NCBI GenBank assembly: GCA_964532425.1
Contig: CAZHIA010000004.1
Location: forward strand, 19,740-83,739
Length of the DNA stretch: 64,000 bases
Direction: 5' to 3'
From: an uncultured Candidatus Saccharibacteria bacterium
Lineage (GTDB): Bacteria; Patescibacteriota; Doudnabacteria; UBA920
This document shows positions 28,594-38,941 of the stretch, piece after piece (position 1 is the stretch's first letter; every line of letters starts with the position of its first letter). The position numbers were made by a program, and so were the translations under genes. The notes below the pieces were generated by a model. The model had not been told where the DNA came from, searched no databases, and was given only the letters and a program-made list of their open reading frames with translations.

Positions 28594-29235
28594 TCAAACT
28601 TGCATAAAATCTATTCCGATCTGCCGAAAGGGCTCCAGCCGGTTCCAGAGTTTCAACTGACCAGCGACAGCGAGTATGAATTGCTCGACATTACGGGAGG
28701 ATCCGCAGCAGGACAAACACTGGAACAACTCAAGTTCCTGGAGTGTCATGTAAAAAATTTTTCCCTCGGGCAGGCAACCGTTACCGATATCCGCATCACG
28801 AACTCCAAGTTCGAAGATTGCGACCTGGCCAATGCAAAATGCACGAAAGCACTGGCAGAACGGACCGAGTTCATCAAATGCCGAATGACCGGCTTTAAGT
28901 CGCCTGAGGCGGTCTTTAAGAATGTCCTATTTAAAAACTGCCAGTGCAAGCTCTCCCAATTCCGATTCTGCAAATTCAAAAATGTCACATTCGAGCATTG
29001 TATCCTCGAAGAAGCGGATTTTTACGGAGCCGACCTGACCGGGGCCGTATTTTCCGACTGCGACCTGCTCAAGGCAGACTTTTCATCCGCACGGATGCAT
29101 GAGACCGATCTCAGAACCAGCAAGATAGCAGGTATAAGCGTTAACATCGAAAGCCTCAAAGGCGCGATCATCGACGTTTCCCAGGTCAATGACCTGGCTT
29201 GGCTGCTCGGAGTAAAAATTGAGTGGAAAGAATAA
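28588..29235 (+). CDS. Pentapeptide-repeat protein
   Basis: Regular A(D/N)(F/L)xx repeats, e.g. EADFYGADLTGAVFSDCDLLKADFS. Confidence 0.9.
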   Translation: MTSNLHKIYSDLPKGLQPVPEFQLTSDSEYELLDITGGSAAGQTLEQLKFLECHVKNFSLGQATVTDIRITNSKFEDCDLANAKCTKALAERTEFIKCRMTGFKSPEAVFKNVLFKNCQCKLSQFRFCKFKNVTFEHCILEEADFYGADLTGAVFSDCDLLKADFSSARMHETDLRTSKIAGISVNIESLKGAIIDVSQVNDLAWLLGVKIEWKE

Positions 29236-29275
29236 CCTGTTATAATCAAAACGAAAATAAGAATATTATAATCTT

Positions 29276-29572
29276 ATGAGCATCGAAAATCGCGAGCAGA
29301 CTCCCCGGCCGGGAGTGCATAGTTATCGCATTGATCGAGAGGAGTATGTGGTTGAGGTCGTCTGGAAAGACGGCACCCATACGACATCCCATTTCCCGGT
29401 CGAAGGCTTTGATGTGGTCAATCCAAATGACAAAGAGCACCAAAAGCTTGGACACATTAAAGGATCTCGTGTTTTGCAAGTTCTCCAGGAACAAGCTGCC
29501 AATTTCAATTACGGAGACTTAGACTGGCGCAACTTTCTCAACCACTCCAACAATAACTCTCATGGAAAATAA
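29276..29572 (+). CDS. Hypothetical protein (98 aa)
   Basis: ORF overlapping the next gene's start. Confidence 0.6.
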   Translation: MSIENREQTPRPGVHSYRIDREEYVVEVVWKDGTHTTSHFPVEGFDVVNPNDKEHQKLGHIKGSRVLQVLQEQAANFNYGDLDWRNFLNHSNNNSHGK

Positions 29573-30314
29573 CAAAAAATTCACCACCCCCGCCATCCCG
29601 GCCTCCATACAGAAAGAATTCCAGAAGCTCAATGGCTGCCAGGCCGTGCTCCTGACCGGTTCCCGGGCCATCGGCAAAGCCGGCAAGAATGCCGACTGGG
29701 ATTTTTTTGTTATTTTAAAAGACGGCATGCCGCGCTGGAGAAAGACCTGGAAGGTCGGTGGGCAATGGCTGGAAATTTTCTGCAATGACAAAAAGCAGAT
29801 TGAAAAAGAATTGAAAGAAGACCTCAAGGAAGGCCGCGGCGTTACCACATTTATGTTCGCATCCGGGGTAATCATCCAAGATAGCAAATCAAAAATTCTC
29901 GAAAAGCTGGTCCGCCGAGCTACAGCCAATTGGGAAAAAGGGCCGACTCCCCTCTCTAGGCAAGAGATTGCCTGGAAGGATTACGACATGGCAACGTACC
30001 TGCAGGATATCGAAGATTGTTTGGAAGACGGCAATCCTGCTTTGCTTTTAACTAATTATGCGGTCAATGAGTTCGTAAATGACTACTACCGGCTCAACAA
30101 CACATGGCTGCCGCGGCCAAAGGACAGACTGAACGATCTGGCAATCCGAGACAAACACCTTTTCCAGATGGTTTCTAAGTTCAATACCGCAGTAGCATGG
30201 AAGAACAAAGCAGCGCTCGCGATCGATATTGGAAAATATGTCGGAACATCAACCCATTTGAAGCTGGATGGAAATTTACATATTCCGCCCCATAGCGGTT
30301 CGTTCCATTCGTAA
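29562..30314 (+). CDS. Pol beta-superfamily nucleotidyltransferase
   Basis: LTGSRAIGKAGKNADWDFFV followed by a helical domain. Confidence 0.85.
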   Translation: MENNKKFTTPAIPASIQKEFQKLNGCQAVLLTGSRAIGKAGKNADWDFFVILKDGMPRWRKTWKVGGQWLEIFCNDKKQIEKELKEDLKEGRGVTTFMFASGVIIQDSKSKILEKLVRRATANWEKGPTPLSRQEIAWKDYDMATYLQDIEDCLEDGNPALLLTNYAVNEFVNDYYRLNNTWLPRPKDRLNDLAIRDKHLFQMVSKFNTAVAWKNKAALAIDIGKYVGTSTHLKLDGNLHIPPHSGSFHS

Positions 30315-30336
30315 CCTGTCGACGTCGTTCTGAGCC

Positions 30337-30400
30337 GTAGTGCAGGCCCTTGGCCTGCCCAGATGCTCGGATATTTGAGCAGGGCACGGCCCTGCACTAC
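30337..30400. repeat. GTAG-type REP doublet (GTAGTGCAGG family)
   Basis: gtagtgcaggcccttggcctgccc ... gggcacggccctgcactac. Confidence 0.8.
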
Positions 30401-30456
30401 ATCCACTTTTGATTCAAAGGTGATGTCGATTAACAAAATATAATTATAATAGAATC

Positions 30457-31044
30457 ATGCTCAAAGCAATTATTTTCGATCTCAACGGCATCTTCTTGCA
30501 AAGTCCAAAACTATCCGAAAGGTTCGCGAAGGATTTTGGCGTACCCATAGAAATATTTGTACCCCGTCTTTCCGAGATAATGGATCAGGTCAGAAAACCA
30601 GGCGCGGACAAGGCATGGAGCTTTTGGCAGCCTGCTTTGCAGCAGTGGAACATTAACATTACTGAACAGAAATTCTGGGATTATTGGTTCAAGGCCGAAG
30701 TACCGTCCGAACGGATGATCGCCTTTGCCGAAGAATTGCGAAACCGCGGAATCAAGGTCCTTATCCTCTCCAACAACTTTAAAGAGCGCGCGGAATATTA
30801 TGGCCACTACCCGTGGATAGCAGGTGCCGTAGACAAGGTCTACTACTCCTGGCAGACGGGATTTGTGAAGCCTGACCCCAAAGCATGGGAATTGGTGCTG
30901 ACAGAAAACAATCTTAAGCCCGATGAATGTCTCTATTTCGACGACCAAGAAAAGAACCTTAAGGCCGCTGAGAGCTTAGGAATAAAGTCGTTCATGTTCA
31001 CGAATGAACAGGAGTTGGAACGAACGGTATCCGAATACTTGTGA
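30457..31044 (+). CDS. HAD-superfamily phosphatase
   Basis: IIFDLNG, LSN, KPDP, YFDD. Confidence 0.88.
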   Translation: MLKAIIFDLNGIFLQSPKLSERFAKDFGVPIEIFVPRLSEIMDQVRKPGADKAWSFWQPALQQWNINITEQKFWDYWFKAEVPSERMIAFAEELRNRGIKVLILSNNFKERAEYYGHYPWIAGAVDKVYYSWQTGFVKPDPKAWELVLTENNLKPDECLYFDDQEKNLKAAESLGIKSFMFTNEQELERTVSEYL

Positions 31045-31568
31045 AATCAATGCAGCTCATAAAGACCCTCAATCCCGAAGATGCGACCGAGCAGGAAATT
31101 GCTTCGTTTAAAACCCGAACTGCAGCCCGGGCTGTTGTGTATGACAATGACGGGCACGTGGCAATATTGAACGTCTCCAACAAAAACTATCATAAGCTAC
31201 CGGGCGGCGGCGTAGAAGATGGCGAAGACGAATTGAGCGCACTCAAGCGCGAATGCCGAGAAGAACTCGGGTGCGAGATCGAAGTTTTTGGCGAGGTCGG
31301 GCAGATTGTAGAATACCGAAAAATCTTCCACCTCAAACAAATTTCCCTTTGCTATCTGGCAAACGTAACAGGACAAAAGGGAAGCCCCGCATTTACGCAG
31401 GATGAAACGGAAGACGGGTTCCAAATTCTGTGGCTGCCCATTCAGCAAGCAATGCAAATTTTAGCCGATGACCAACCTGAAAACGATGAAGGCAGATTAT
31501 ACATTGTCCCAAGAGATATGACATTTTTAGAGGCTGCAAATATCCAGCATAATACGACCGGAGCATGA
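31041..31568 (+). CDS. NUDIX hydrolase
   Basis: LPGGGVEDGEDELSALKRECREELG Nudix box. Confidence 0.92.
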   Translation: MKSMQLIKTLNPEDATEQEIASFKTRTAARAVVYDNDGHVAILNVSNKNYHKLPGGGVEDGEDELSALKRECREELGCEIEVFGEVGQIVEYRKIFHLKQISLCYLANVTGQKGSPAFTQDETEDGFQILWLPIQQAMQILADDQPENDEGRLYIVPRDMTFLEAANIQHNTTGA

Positions 31569-32164
31569 TCAAAGCAATTATCTTCGACATTGGCGGGGTG
31601 ATAACGTTTACCGATTTTCAGGCACTGTATGCCAACTTCGCGAATCGCATCGGCATTTCGTCCGATATCGTATCGCAATATCACAAAGACCATTGGGCAG
31701 ACCTGCTGCTTGCCAACATCACCCTAGAACAATTCTTTCAAGACATGCAAGAAGCCGGAGCCAAGCCCGGATTAGATTTGCCTATCATCTGGCTGGAAGA
31801 AGCCTTGAAAATCAGAAAGGTAAATACTGAACTGCTCAGTTTTATCGACGAACTCCGAAAACACTACGCTGTAGGCGTTCTGTCCAACCTGACCAGTACC
31901 AGATTGGTCGTAGATGAAGCCTTGCATTTATATGACCACTTTGATTTTGTTGTACTCTCCTGTAAAGAGCATATCAAAAAACCGGATCCTAAGTTCTATG
32001 AACAGGCTCTTATTTACGCAGATGCAGCCGCATCTGAGGTGATCTTCATTGACGACAACGAACGGAATGTCGCGGCGGCCAAAAATATCGGCCTGAATGA
32101 TATCACCTATACCGATAACGAACAGCTTCGTAAAGACTTGGCGAATTTGGGTGTTATGGCATAA
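31565..32164 (+). CDS. HAD-superfamily phosphatase
   Basis: IIFDIGGV, LSN, KPDP, FIDD. Confidence 0.9.
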   Translation: MIKAIIFDIGGVITFTDFQALYANFANRIGISSDIVSQYHKDHWADLLLANITLEQFFQDMQEAGAKPGLDLPIIWLEEALKIRKVNTELLSFIDELRKHYAVGVLSNLTSTRLVVDEALHLYDHFDFVVLSCKEHIKKPDPKFYEQALIYADAAASEVIFIDDNERNVAAAKNIGLNDITYTDNEQLRKDLANLGVMA

Positions 32165-32180
32165 TTTATCTTATCGTAAT

Positions 32181-32302
32181 ACCCCCTCCCCCTTCGACAA
32201 GCTCAGGGTACTCCCCCTATGTTAGAGGGAGAGTAACTGCAGGCTGCAGTGGAATCCTTCCCTTATAGGGAAGGTGCCGAGCACGAGCGAGGCGGAAAGG
32301 TA
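32181..32302. repeat. Composite REP-like palindromes
   Basis: cccttcgacaagctcaggg, ctccccctatgttagagggagag, ccttcccttatagggaagg. Confidence 0.6.
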
Positions 32303-32444
32303 TTGAAACTTTAACAGCCTCCATCTCTTCATATACAAATCACCATTTTCCCACCCCGGTTAGCCCGGGGTTTTTCAAATGAAACACAAAGCAGTTTTGG
32401 TCGTTTAACTCTATAGAACTGCCAATCATTAACAAAAAACAAGC

Positions 32445-33950
32445 ATGAATATCAAGAAAAGATCCCTGCTCGTGGCAATGGCGACCATGGGCATGATCCT
32501 CGGTAGCATTCCGTCCGCTTTTGCGGCCACCATTTCACAGAGTGCCACCTCTGTGACCTCAGACAGTGTTTCGGGAAACTCTGTGGCCTTACCCGCTATT
32601 ACCGTTACAGAAACGGCAGCCGGTGATATCCCAGCCGGAACCTTTACTTTGGCGTTGCCTTCGGGGTATGCCTTTGATACGGCGTCCGTTGCCAATGTCA
32701 ACGTCAGCGGCCTCAACGCTTCCAGCACTGTTGCGTTCCCAGATGCCGCGCATGTGGCCATAACGGTCACCGGAACCTCGACCACTGCAGGAAGCCTCAC
32801 AATCGGATCCTCCACACCGCTTAAAGTCAAAGCGACCAGCGGCACGCCGTTGGCTAGCACGGGAACCCTGGCATTAAGCGCCGGCACTATCACTGGTATT
32901 ACAGCCACCAGCAGCTTCGGCTCGCTCAGTCAAATCCCCGGAGCTGCCAGCAAGCTCGTTTTCTCCACTCAGCCGCCGACAACTGCCACCACCAGTACCT
33001 CCTTCGGCCCCGTGACAGTAGCAACTCAAGACCAGTTCGGTAATCCGGTCACGTCCGATTCAGGACGTACGGTTAGCCTGTCTATCTCGGCTATAAACCC
33101 GACCTCAACCACCGGCAGTCTGGGCGGATCAACCTCGGCTACGACAAACAGCGGACTGGCCCAGTTTAATACTTTGAACTTTTCTCAGCCGGGTACCATT
33201 GCCCTGGTTGCCAGCTCAACCGGCTTGTTGACCGCGACCAGCAATTCGATAGTCATTTCCAATGCGCCTACTACCACCCCGACCCCGACACCGACCACTA
33301 CGCCTTCCACATCGTGCAATCTGCAGAACGGCATGCTGGTTAGAGTCGGTAATTCATCCACCGTCTACATGGTTGTAAATTGCGTATTGCGCCCGTTCAC
33401 TTCTGCCGCCATCTTCCATGCGCGCGGCAAAAAGTTCCAGGATATCCGGGACATAAAAGATGGAGATGAGCACCACTTCTCAATTGGACGACCTGTAGGC
33501 CAGGGAAACGATGATGACACCACCGTGGTCACCCCGCCTGTGACGTTTCCGGTTCCAGTGAGTACCTCAACCGTTCCTAGCTTGTCCAGTTTACCGGAAG
33601 GATCGATCGTACAAGTTCCAGGCAATCCGACCGTATATCTGGTCTCCGGCGGCGTACTCAAGCCGGTTACTTCCATGCAAGTGTTGAATTCCTACAAAAA
33701 AGACCTCAAACACTTAAAACAGATTTCGGCTGCTGATCTCGCTTCGATGCAACTTGGTTCTCCGGCAACCTTTGCCGATGGCACGCTCCTGAAAGGTTCT
33801 AACAATACCATCTACGTGGTCAGAAATGGACAACTCTTTGGTATTCCCAACATGAAGACCATGTCCAAGCATGGCTGGTCTGCTAAAAACGTCATCAAGG
33901 TATCCGATGGCGATCTCCGCCTTCACCAGATCGGCGGAATGCAAGACTAA
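32445..33950 (+). CDS. Secreted Ser/Thr-rich surface protein with Ig-like domains and C-terminal GxLV...PTVY repeats
   Basis: Signal peptide ending AFA; ASKLVFSTQP...DQFGNPV Ig-like domain; PT linker; three terminal repeats. Confidence 0.78.
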   Translation: MNIKKRSLLVAMATMGMILGSIPSAFAATISQSATSVTSDSVSGNSVALPAITVTETAAGDIPAGTFTLALPSGYAFDTASVANVNVSGLNASSTVAFPDAAHVAITVTGTSTTAGSLTIGSSTPLKVKATSGTPLASTGTLALSAGTITGITATSSFGSLSQIPGAASKLVFSTQPPTTATTSTSFGPVTVATQDQFGNPVTSDSGRTVSLSISAINPTSTTGSLGGSTSATTNSGLAQFNTLNFSQPGTIALVASSTGLLTATSNSIVISNAPTTTPTPTPTTTPSTSCNLQNGMLVRVGNSSTVYMVVNCVLRPFTSAAIFHARGKKFQDIRDIKDGDEHHFSIGRPVGQGNDDDTTVVTPPVTFPVPVSTSTVPSLSSLPEGSIVQVPGNPTVYLVSGGVLKPVTSMQVLNSYKKDLKHLKQISAADLASMQLGSPATFADGTLLKGSNNTIYVVRNGQLFGIPNMKTMSKHGWSAKNVIKVSDGDLRLHQIGGMQD

Positions 33951-34085
33951 GCAATAGTTATACCAAACTCCAGTTGTTCCAAAGATCCGCACCCGAGAGG
34001 GTGCGGATCTTTCTGTGTTCGGGCAGCTAAAGCGAGCCCCTACGGGGAACTGATAACAATTCGCAATTAACAAACGATTACATAA

Positions 34086-37000
34086 TCAATTCCTCACAAA
34101 ATCTTCCGTGACATAGTGGAAACTGTCGAGCGATGTCTTCGTTTCCGGCAACACTCCGGCAATAACGACGCTATTCCCAAAAAAGTTCTCGATGGTATCC
34201 CCTTCTTTTTTGAATAAGTTCTCGGCTTTCATCATGGCCGCCTCACGGCTGCCAATATATACCGGCAAATACTTTTTCGTGCCGAAGACCACCGGAACTA
34301 GTCCATCGCGACTGATGCTTCCCGCAAAGACTGCCGGAATGTTATTCTCGTTGATTCCATAAAAGAGTTTTATATTCCCTTTGGCATCTATAGCTGCACC
34401 GCTAGCAACGGAACTAATCCCGGTTTCAGATCGTATAATGTGGGCGTTGTCCAAAAACGTGCCCGTCGGCTTTAAGATGCCGACTATTTTCATGCTCGGT
34501 ATCCCGAAGAAGTTCTGCAAGCTGTCCCCCGGTTTTTCGAACAGTTTTTCCTTGCGCATCATTTCTGCCTCAACGGAGCCGATGATCATTTCATCTTTGC
34601 CAAGACTGCCAGTCCCTTCGGCCATGGGCAGGCTTATATTCCCCTGCCCGATCTGGACAAAGAACTTCGGGTTCGTTTCGGCAAAATTGATTTTTATAGT
34701 GGACTGCTTGAGCAGGTCCTGGCTTTGTCTGACTATCTCCGGAGAAACTTTGACCACAGCCATGGCACTCGCCGGCTCGGCCATGCGGGTACTGAAACGA
34801 GCGAACTCGAAGAACGCTAGGGTAAAAACCAGTGCCATAACGATCGGAGCCAAAGCGGATATCCAATTGCGCTTTGCCGGACGGAAGAATCGCAAGGTTA
34901 GAGAATTGGCTACTACGGAAACCGAACTCAATGCCATAGCCAGACCTGCTAGCTCGGGCTTAAGCACCAACCCGAAGCTCGCAAAAACGCGGGCGGCAAT
35001 CGGTATTCCAATCACGTTATAGAACAAGGCGAAGAACATGTTCTGTTTGATCTTGCCCATAGTCTCGCGGGACAGTTGAATGGAATTAACCACGTCGTTC
35101 AAATCATTCTTCATAATAACGATGCCGCCGGTTTCCATGGCCACGTCCGTGCCGCTACCCATGGCAACACCTAAGTCTGCCTGAGCCAGGGCAGGTGCGT
35201 CATTAATACCATCCCCCACCATCGCGACTTTCTTCCCGAGCTCCTGCAACTTTTTAACCTCGCCAGCCTTATCTTCCGGCAGCACGTCTGCAATCACATT
35301 GGTTATTCCACACTGGCTGGCAATGGCTTTTGCCGTACGCTCGTTATCGCCAGTAACCATATAGACCTCAATACCCATCTTTTGTAGTTTTTCAACAGCG
35401 GCCTTTGTTGTCGGTTTAACAGTATCAGCTACGGCGATTATGCCTATAACCTCACCCCCGCCCTCTCCTTTGAAAGGAGAGGGAGCGGAACCAAGCAACA
35501 TGGCGGTCTTACCAGCTTCTTCTAGCTTAGACTGTTTGCGATCAACACGTTCAACGTTCACGTCCGCATGCACTGCCATCATTTTGCGGTTGCCAAAATA
35601 GTAGGTCACGCCATTTATCTCGCCCTGCACGCCATGGCCCGGAATAGCTTTGAAATTTTTTACATCAAGCAACCCCACCCCATTTTCCTGGGCGTGTGCA
35701 TAGATGGCTTCAGCAAGCGGATGCTCGGACATCCGCTCCAGGGAAGCCGCGATCTGCATGATATCAGCTTCATCCATAGCCCCCAATGAAACGACATCAG
35801 TCACCTCCGGCTTGCCGTGAGTCAATGTTCCGGTCTTGTCAAAAATGATTGTACTGATCTTGCATGCTGCTTCCAGCGGCTCCCCACCTTTTACCAGAAT
35901 ACCATTTTCCGCACCCTTGCCAGTGCCAACCATGAGTGCGGTCGGCGTGGCCAAACCTAATGCACATGGACACGCGATCACGATCACGGAGGTAAAAGCC
36001 ATTAAGGCAAAACTGAGCGAAGAGTGAAGAGCGAAAAGCCAAATTACAAAAGTCAATATTGCTAATCCAATGACCGCTGGCACAAACCATGCGGAGATCC
36101 GATCAGCAAACGCCTGGATAGGCGCCTTGCTGCCTTGGGCTTCTTCTACCAGACGGATGATTTGGGCCAGCACGGTCTCGTTGCCTATTTTGGTCACTTC
36201 AAATTCAAAGCTGCCGGTCTTGTTGATGGTACCTCCGGCGACGGTATCCCCGATCTTCTTTTCTACGGGCAAACTTTCGCCGGTAAGCATGGACTCGTCC
36301 ACAGACGAGGACCCTTTCGTGATTACACCATCGATCGGCACTTTCTCGCCCGGCCTCACAATTACAATATCCTTCTTGGCTACCTGCTCGACCGGAATGT
36401 CTATGGTTTGCCCGCCGCGTATAACGCGGGCAGTCTTGGCCTGCAAGCCCATAAGTTTTTTGATGGAATCCGAGGTCTTGCCTTTGGTCCGTACTTCCAG
36501 CCACTTGCCCAAGGTCACGAATGTGATTAGGAACGCTGCGGTTTCAAAGTACAAATTCGGCACTTTACCGCCGGACAATCCCAGCACCGTTTTGTTCGCA
36601 GCGGCATACAAAACCAAATTCACCAGGCTGTACACGTAGGCCGTGGAAGTACCAATGGCTATCAGGCTATCCATATTGAATGTCTTCATGCGCAAACTCG
36701 ACCACATGCCTTTGTAAAACCCCTTACCTATAATGAACTGAACAGGTGTCGCCAAAATCAGCGAGACGATCCCCACATAGGGTAACAACCCCACGCCAGG
36801 AAGGGTTGAAAAAAAATCGATCATCATGAAATACAATAGCGGTGCGCTCAGTGCGGCGCTGGCTATTAATCTGTTCCTGATGGCTCGAAGTTCAGCCTGC
36901 CGTAAGCGCGATTCGGCTTCCGCATCTTCCTTCGTGGCTTCGTCGGCATCGTATCCGGCTTTTTTCACAGCCGTAATGAGATCAGAAATACCGGCCTGCG

Positions 37001-37148
37001 TTTCATCGAATCGTATAGAGGCCTTTTCCGCCCCGAAGTTGACTGTGGCAGTTTTGACGCCGGCAACCTTGTTGAGTGACTGCTCTATAAGCAATGCACA
37101 AGACGCGCAATGCATTCCATGCACGCGTAATTGAGTACGAGTATCCAT
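34086..37148 (-). CDS. copA: Copper-translocating P1B ATPase with long C-terminal extension
   Basis: HMA GMHCASC, TGES, CPC, DKTGT, EHP, GDGIND, YN and MALSS motifs; about 230 extra C-terminal residues. Confidence 0.93.
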   Translation of the reverse strand: MDTRTQLRVHGMHCASCALLIEQSLNKVAGVKTATVNFGAEKASIRFDETQAGISDLITAVKKAGYDADEATKEDAEAESRLRQAELRAIRNRLIASAALSAPLLYFMMIDFFSTLPGVGLLPYVGIVSLILATPVQFIIGKGFYKGMWSSLRMKTFNMDSLIAIGTSTAYVYSLVNLVLYAAANKTVLGLSGGKVPNLYFETAAFLITFVTLGKWLEVRTKGKTSDSIKKLMGLQAKTARVIRGGQTIDIPVEQVAKKDIVIVRPGEKVPIDGVITKGSSSVDESMLTGESLPVEKKIGDTVAGGTINKTGSFEFEVTKIGNETVLAQIIRLVEEAQGSKAPIQAFADRISAWFVPAVIGLAILTFVIWLFALHSSLSFALMAFTSVIVIACPCALGLATPTALMVGTGKGAENGILVKGGEPLEAACKISTIIFDKTGTLTHGKPEVTDVVSLGAMDEADIMQIAASLERMSEHPLAEAIYAHAQENGVGLLDVKNFKAIPGHGVQGEINGVTYYFGNRKMMAVHADVNVERVDRKQSKLEEAGKTAMLLGSAPSPFKGEGGGEVIGIIAVADTVKPTTKAAVEKLQKMGIEVYMVTGDNERTAKAIASQCGITNVIADVLPEDKAGEVKKLQELGKKVAMVGDGINDAPALAQADLGVAMGSGTDVAMETGGIVIMKNDLNDVVNSIQLSRETMGKIKQNMFFALFYNVIGIPIAARVFASFGLVLKPELAGLAMALSSVSVVANSLTLRFFRPAKRNWISALAPIVMALVFTLAFFEFARFSTRMAEPASAMAVVKVSPEIVRQSQDLLKQSTIKINFAETNPKFFVQIGQGNISLPMAEGTGSLGKDEMIIGSVEAEMMRKEKLFEKPGDSLQNFFGIPSMKIVGILKPTGTFLDNAHIIRSETGISSVASGAAIDAKGNIKLFYGINENNIPAVFAGSISRDGLVPVVFGTKKYLPVYIGSREAAMMKAENLFKKEGDTIENFFGNSVVIAGVLPETKTSLDSFHYVTEDFVRN
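35448..35485. repeat. REP-like palindrome inserted in frame in copA
   Basis: cctcacccccg-ccctctcctttgaaaggagaggg, encoding [13 protein letters not shown]. Confidence 0.75.
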
Positions 37149-37157
37149 AGTTTCAGT

Positions 37158-38489
37158 TTAATCAGTGACAATAAACTTTCCGCGGTACATCCCCATAGAA
37201 CAAGAAAAATCGATTTCTCCCGTTTGCGTAGGCGTGAATTCAATTACATTCTCGCCAAGTTTGAGAGGCTGAGCAATACCGAACGCCGGCATACTCAGGG
37301 TGCTTGCACAGGTGTATTGACTGGTAGAGTTAATGACCCACCTGACCTTCGCGCCTTTTTTGACAGTGAATTGGTTAGGGCTATATCCCGTTCCGCTTTG
37401 AACCATCTTTACTTCCTGTACGGGACCTACGGCATCCTGGCTGCCCTGCTGAGTCACAGCGCTCCCTACGCGGTGAGGAAACACGACACGGCTGGCGTTT
37501 GCGATATTAAAAATTCCGAGGAATATCACGGCAACTCCCGCTGCGGAAAAAAATATTCGGGCTTTGGAACCCTTAAATACACTGGAGAGTCCGCCTATGC
37601 TAAGCATGCCAGGCGCTGTACCCAAGGCGAACAACGACATAACCAGCGCACCCTGGACAAAACTGCCGGTCGAAATGGCATATAATTGCATAGCTTGGGT
37701 AAAACCGCATGGCAGGAAGAAAGTCATGACCCCGCCGACAAAAGCACTGGTGTTACTATATCCCTTGTCACCAGACTTGATCCCGAGTATACGAGACACG
37801 GACTTCGGGATCGTGATATTGACCCGTTGCAAGGCTGGGAATATTTCGATCAATTTCAAGCCCAAGAGCACCATTACCGCGCCAACAATAAGCGTCAGCA
37901 CGCCCATCAACCTTGCTGAAGGCTGCAGTACTCCTCCGATCAAGCCAATGAGGCCGCCGAGCACGGCAAAACCGATAATTCTCCCTAGATTGAAAAATAT
38001 ATGCGGACGGAATTTTTGCATGCGGGAAGCTTCCGGGTGGGTTTCCGAGTACCGCGCTGAGAAGGCCAACACTAAGCCGCCGACGAGAGCCATGCATGTT
38101 GATATTCCGGCAACAAGGCCAACGAGCACCGCCACCGCTAAACCTTTCTGATTAAAGTCAGCTGAAATGCCGGAGAATCCGAACAACTGGGCGGAGATAT
38201 ACAACAGCGCCAGGATAACAACGGCATTGGCTAAATAGTAATAATCCCTGAAATTCTTTGAGACCCAACCATCTTCACGGCTTGCACTGACATGGTAACC
38301 GGCATCTTCTACCACGCGGCTTATCTCATGCAACGATGGCTGTTTTTGTTCATACCAAATTTTCGCCTTCTTGGAAGACTGGCTCACTTCGACTTTCTTT
38401 ACCCCTTCGATCTTACCGATATTGTTCTCCAGGAGAACTTCACACGACTTACAGTGCATTCCCTCAACGGGGATGGTTATTTTTTCCAT
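37158..38489 (-). CDS. HMA + DsbD_2/sulfite-exporter-like + cupredoxin fusion
   Basis: GMHCKSC; STCMALVGG; FFLPCGFTQAMQ; C-terminal FSCSMGMYRG. Confidence 0.88.
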   Translation of the reverse strand: MEKITIPVEGMHCKSCEVLLENNIGKIEGVKKVEVSQSSKKAKIWYEQKQPSLHEISRVVEDAGYHVSASREDGWVSKNFRDYYYLANAVVILALLYISAQLFGFSGISADFNQKGLAVAVLVGLVAGISTCMALVGGLVLAFSARYSETHPEASRMQKFRPHIFFNLGRIIGFAVLGGLIGLIGGVLQPSARLMGVLTLIVGAVMVLLGLKLIEIFPALQRVNITIPKSVSRILGIKSGDKGYSNTSAFVGGVMTFFLPCGFTQAMQLYAISTGSFVQGALVMSLFALGTAPGMLSIGGLSSVFKGSKARIFFSAAGVAVIFLGIFNIANASRVVFPHRVGSAVTQQGSQDAVGPVQEVKMVQSGTGYSPNQFTVKKGAKVRWVINSTSQYTCASTLSMPAFGIAQPLKLGENVIEFTPTQTGEIDFSCSMGMYRGKFIVTD

Positions 38490-38500
38490 GTTTATATTTA

Positions 38501-38767
38501 TTATTTGTTGTGAAGATCGTAAATCTTGAGCAACTCAGCGACCGCCTTGGAGGTATGACCTCCGCTAAACTGGTGAGCCACGTGCTCCTCCAAATGGTTT
38601 TTAAGCAACGAGGCATCGAAGCTCTCGAGCGAGCGCTGAATAGCGCGGGATTGAGTAATAATGTCCACGCAGTACTTGTTATCCTCAAGCATACGTTCAA
38701 TTCCCGCCATCTGGCCTTGAATGCGGTGGATTCGGTTAATGAGATCTTTTTGGCACTTTGCTTGCAT
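38501..38767 (-). CDS. csoR: CsoR/RcnR-family metal-sensing repressor
   Basis: NRIHRIQGQ..GIERMLED.KYCVDIITQ...HLEEHV. Confidence 0.88.
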   Translation of the reverse strand: MQAKCQKDLINRIHRIQGQMAGIERMLEDNKYCVDIITQSRAIQRSLESFDASLLKNHLEEHVAHQFSGGHTSKAVAELLKIYDLHNK

Positions 38768-38801
38768 TGGATATTAGTAATTAGTAATTTGATATTTCTA
38801 T

Positions 38802-38824
38802 CATATACCCCCTGGGGGTATATG
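38802..38824. promoter_or_regulatory. CsoR operator
   Basis: catataccccc-t-gggggtatatg, the G/C-tract palindrome typical of CsoR sites, directly upstream of csoR. Confidence 0.85.
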
Positions 38825-38941
38825 TCAATGTGGATAAGTCGATCATGATTCTCACGGCTCCGTGTAGAAATTTCCGCTTGCTTCCGGCTTATTTGTATGG
38901 TATTCTGCCCTATTACAGCTGCAGAACACCAAGGAGGACCT

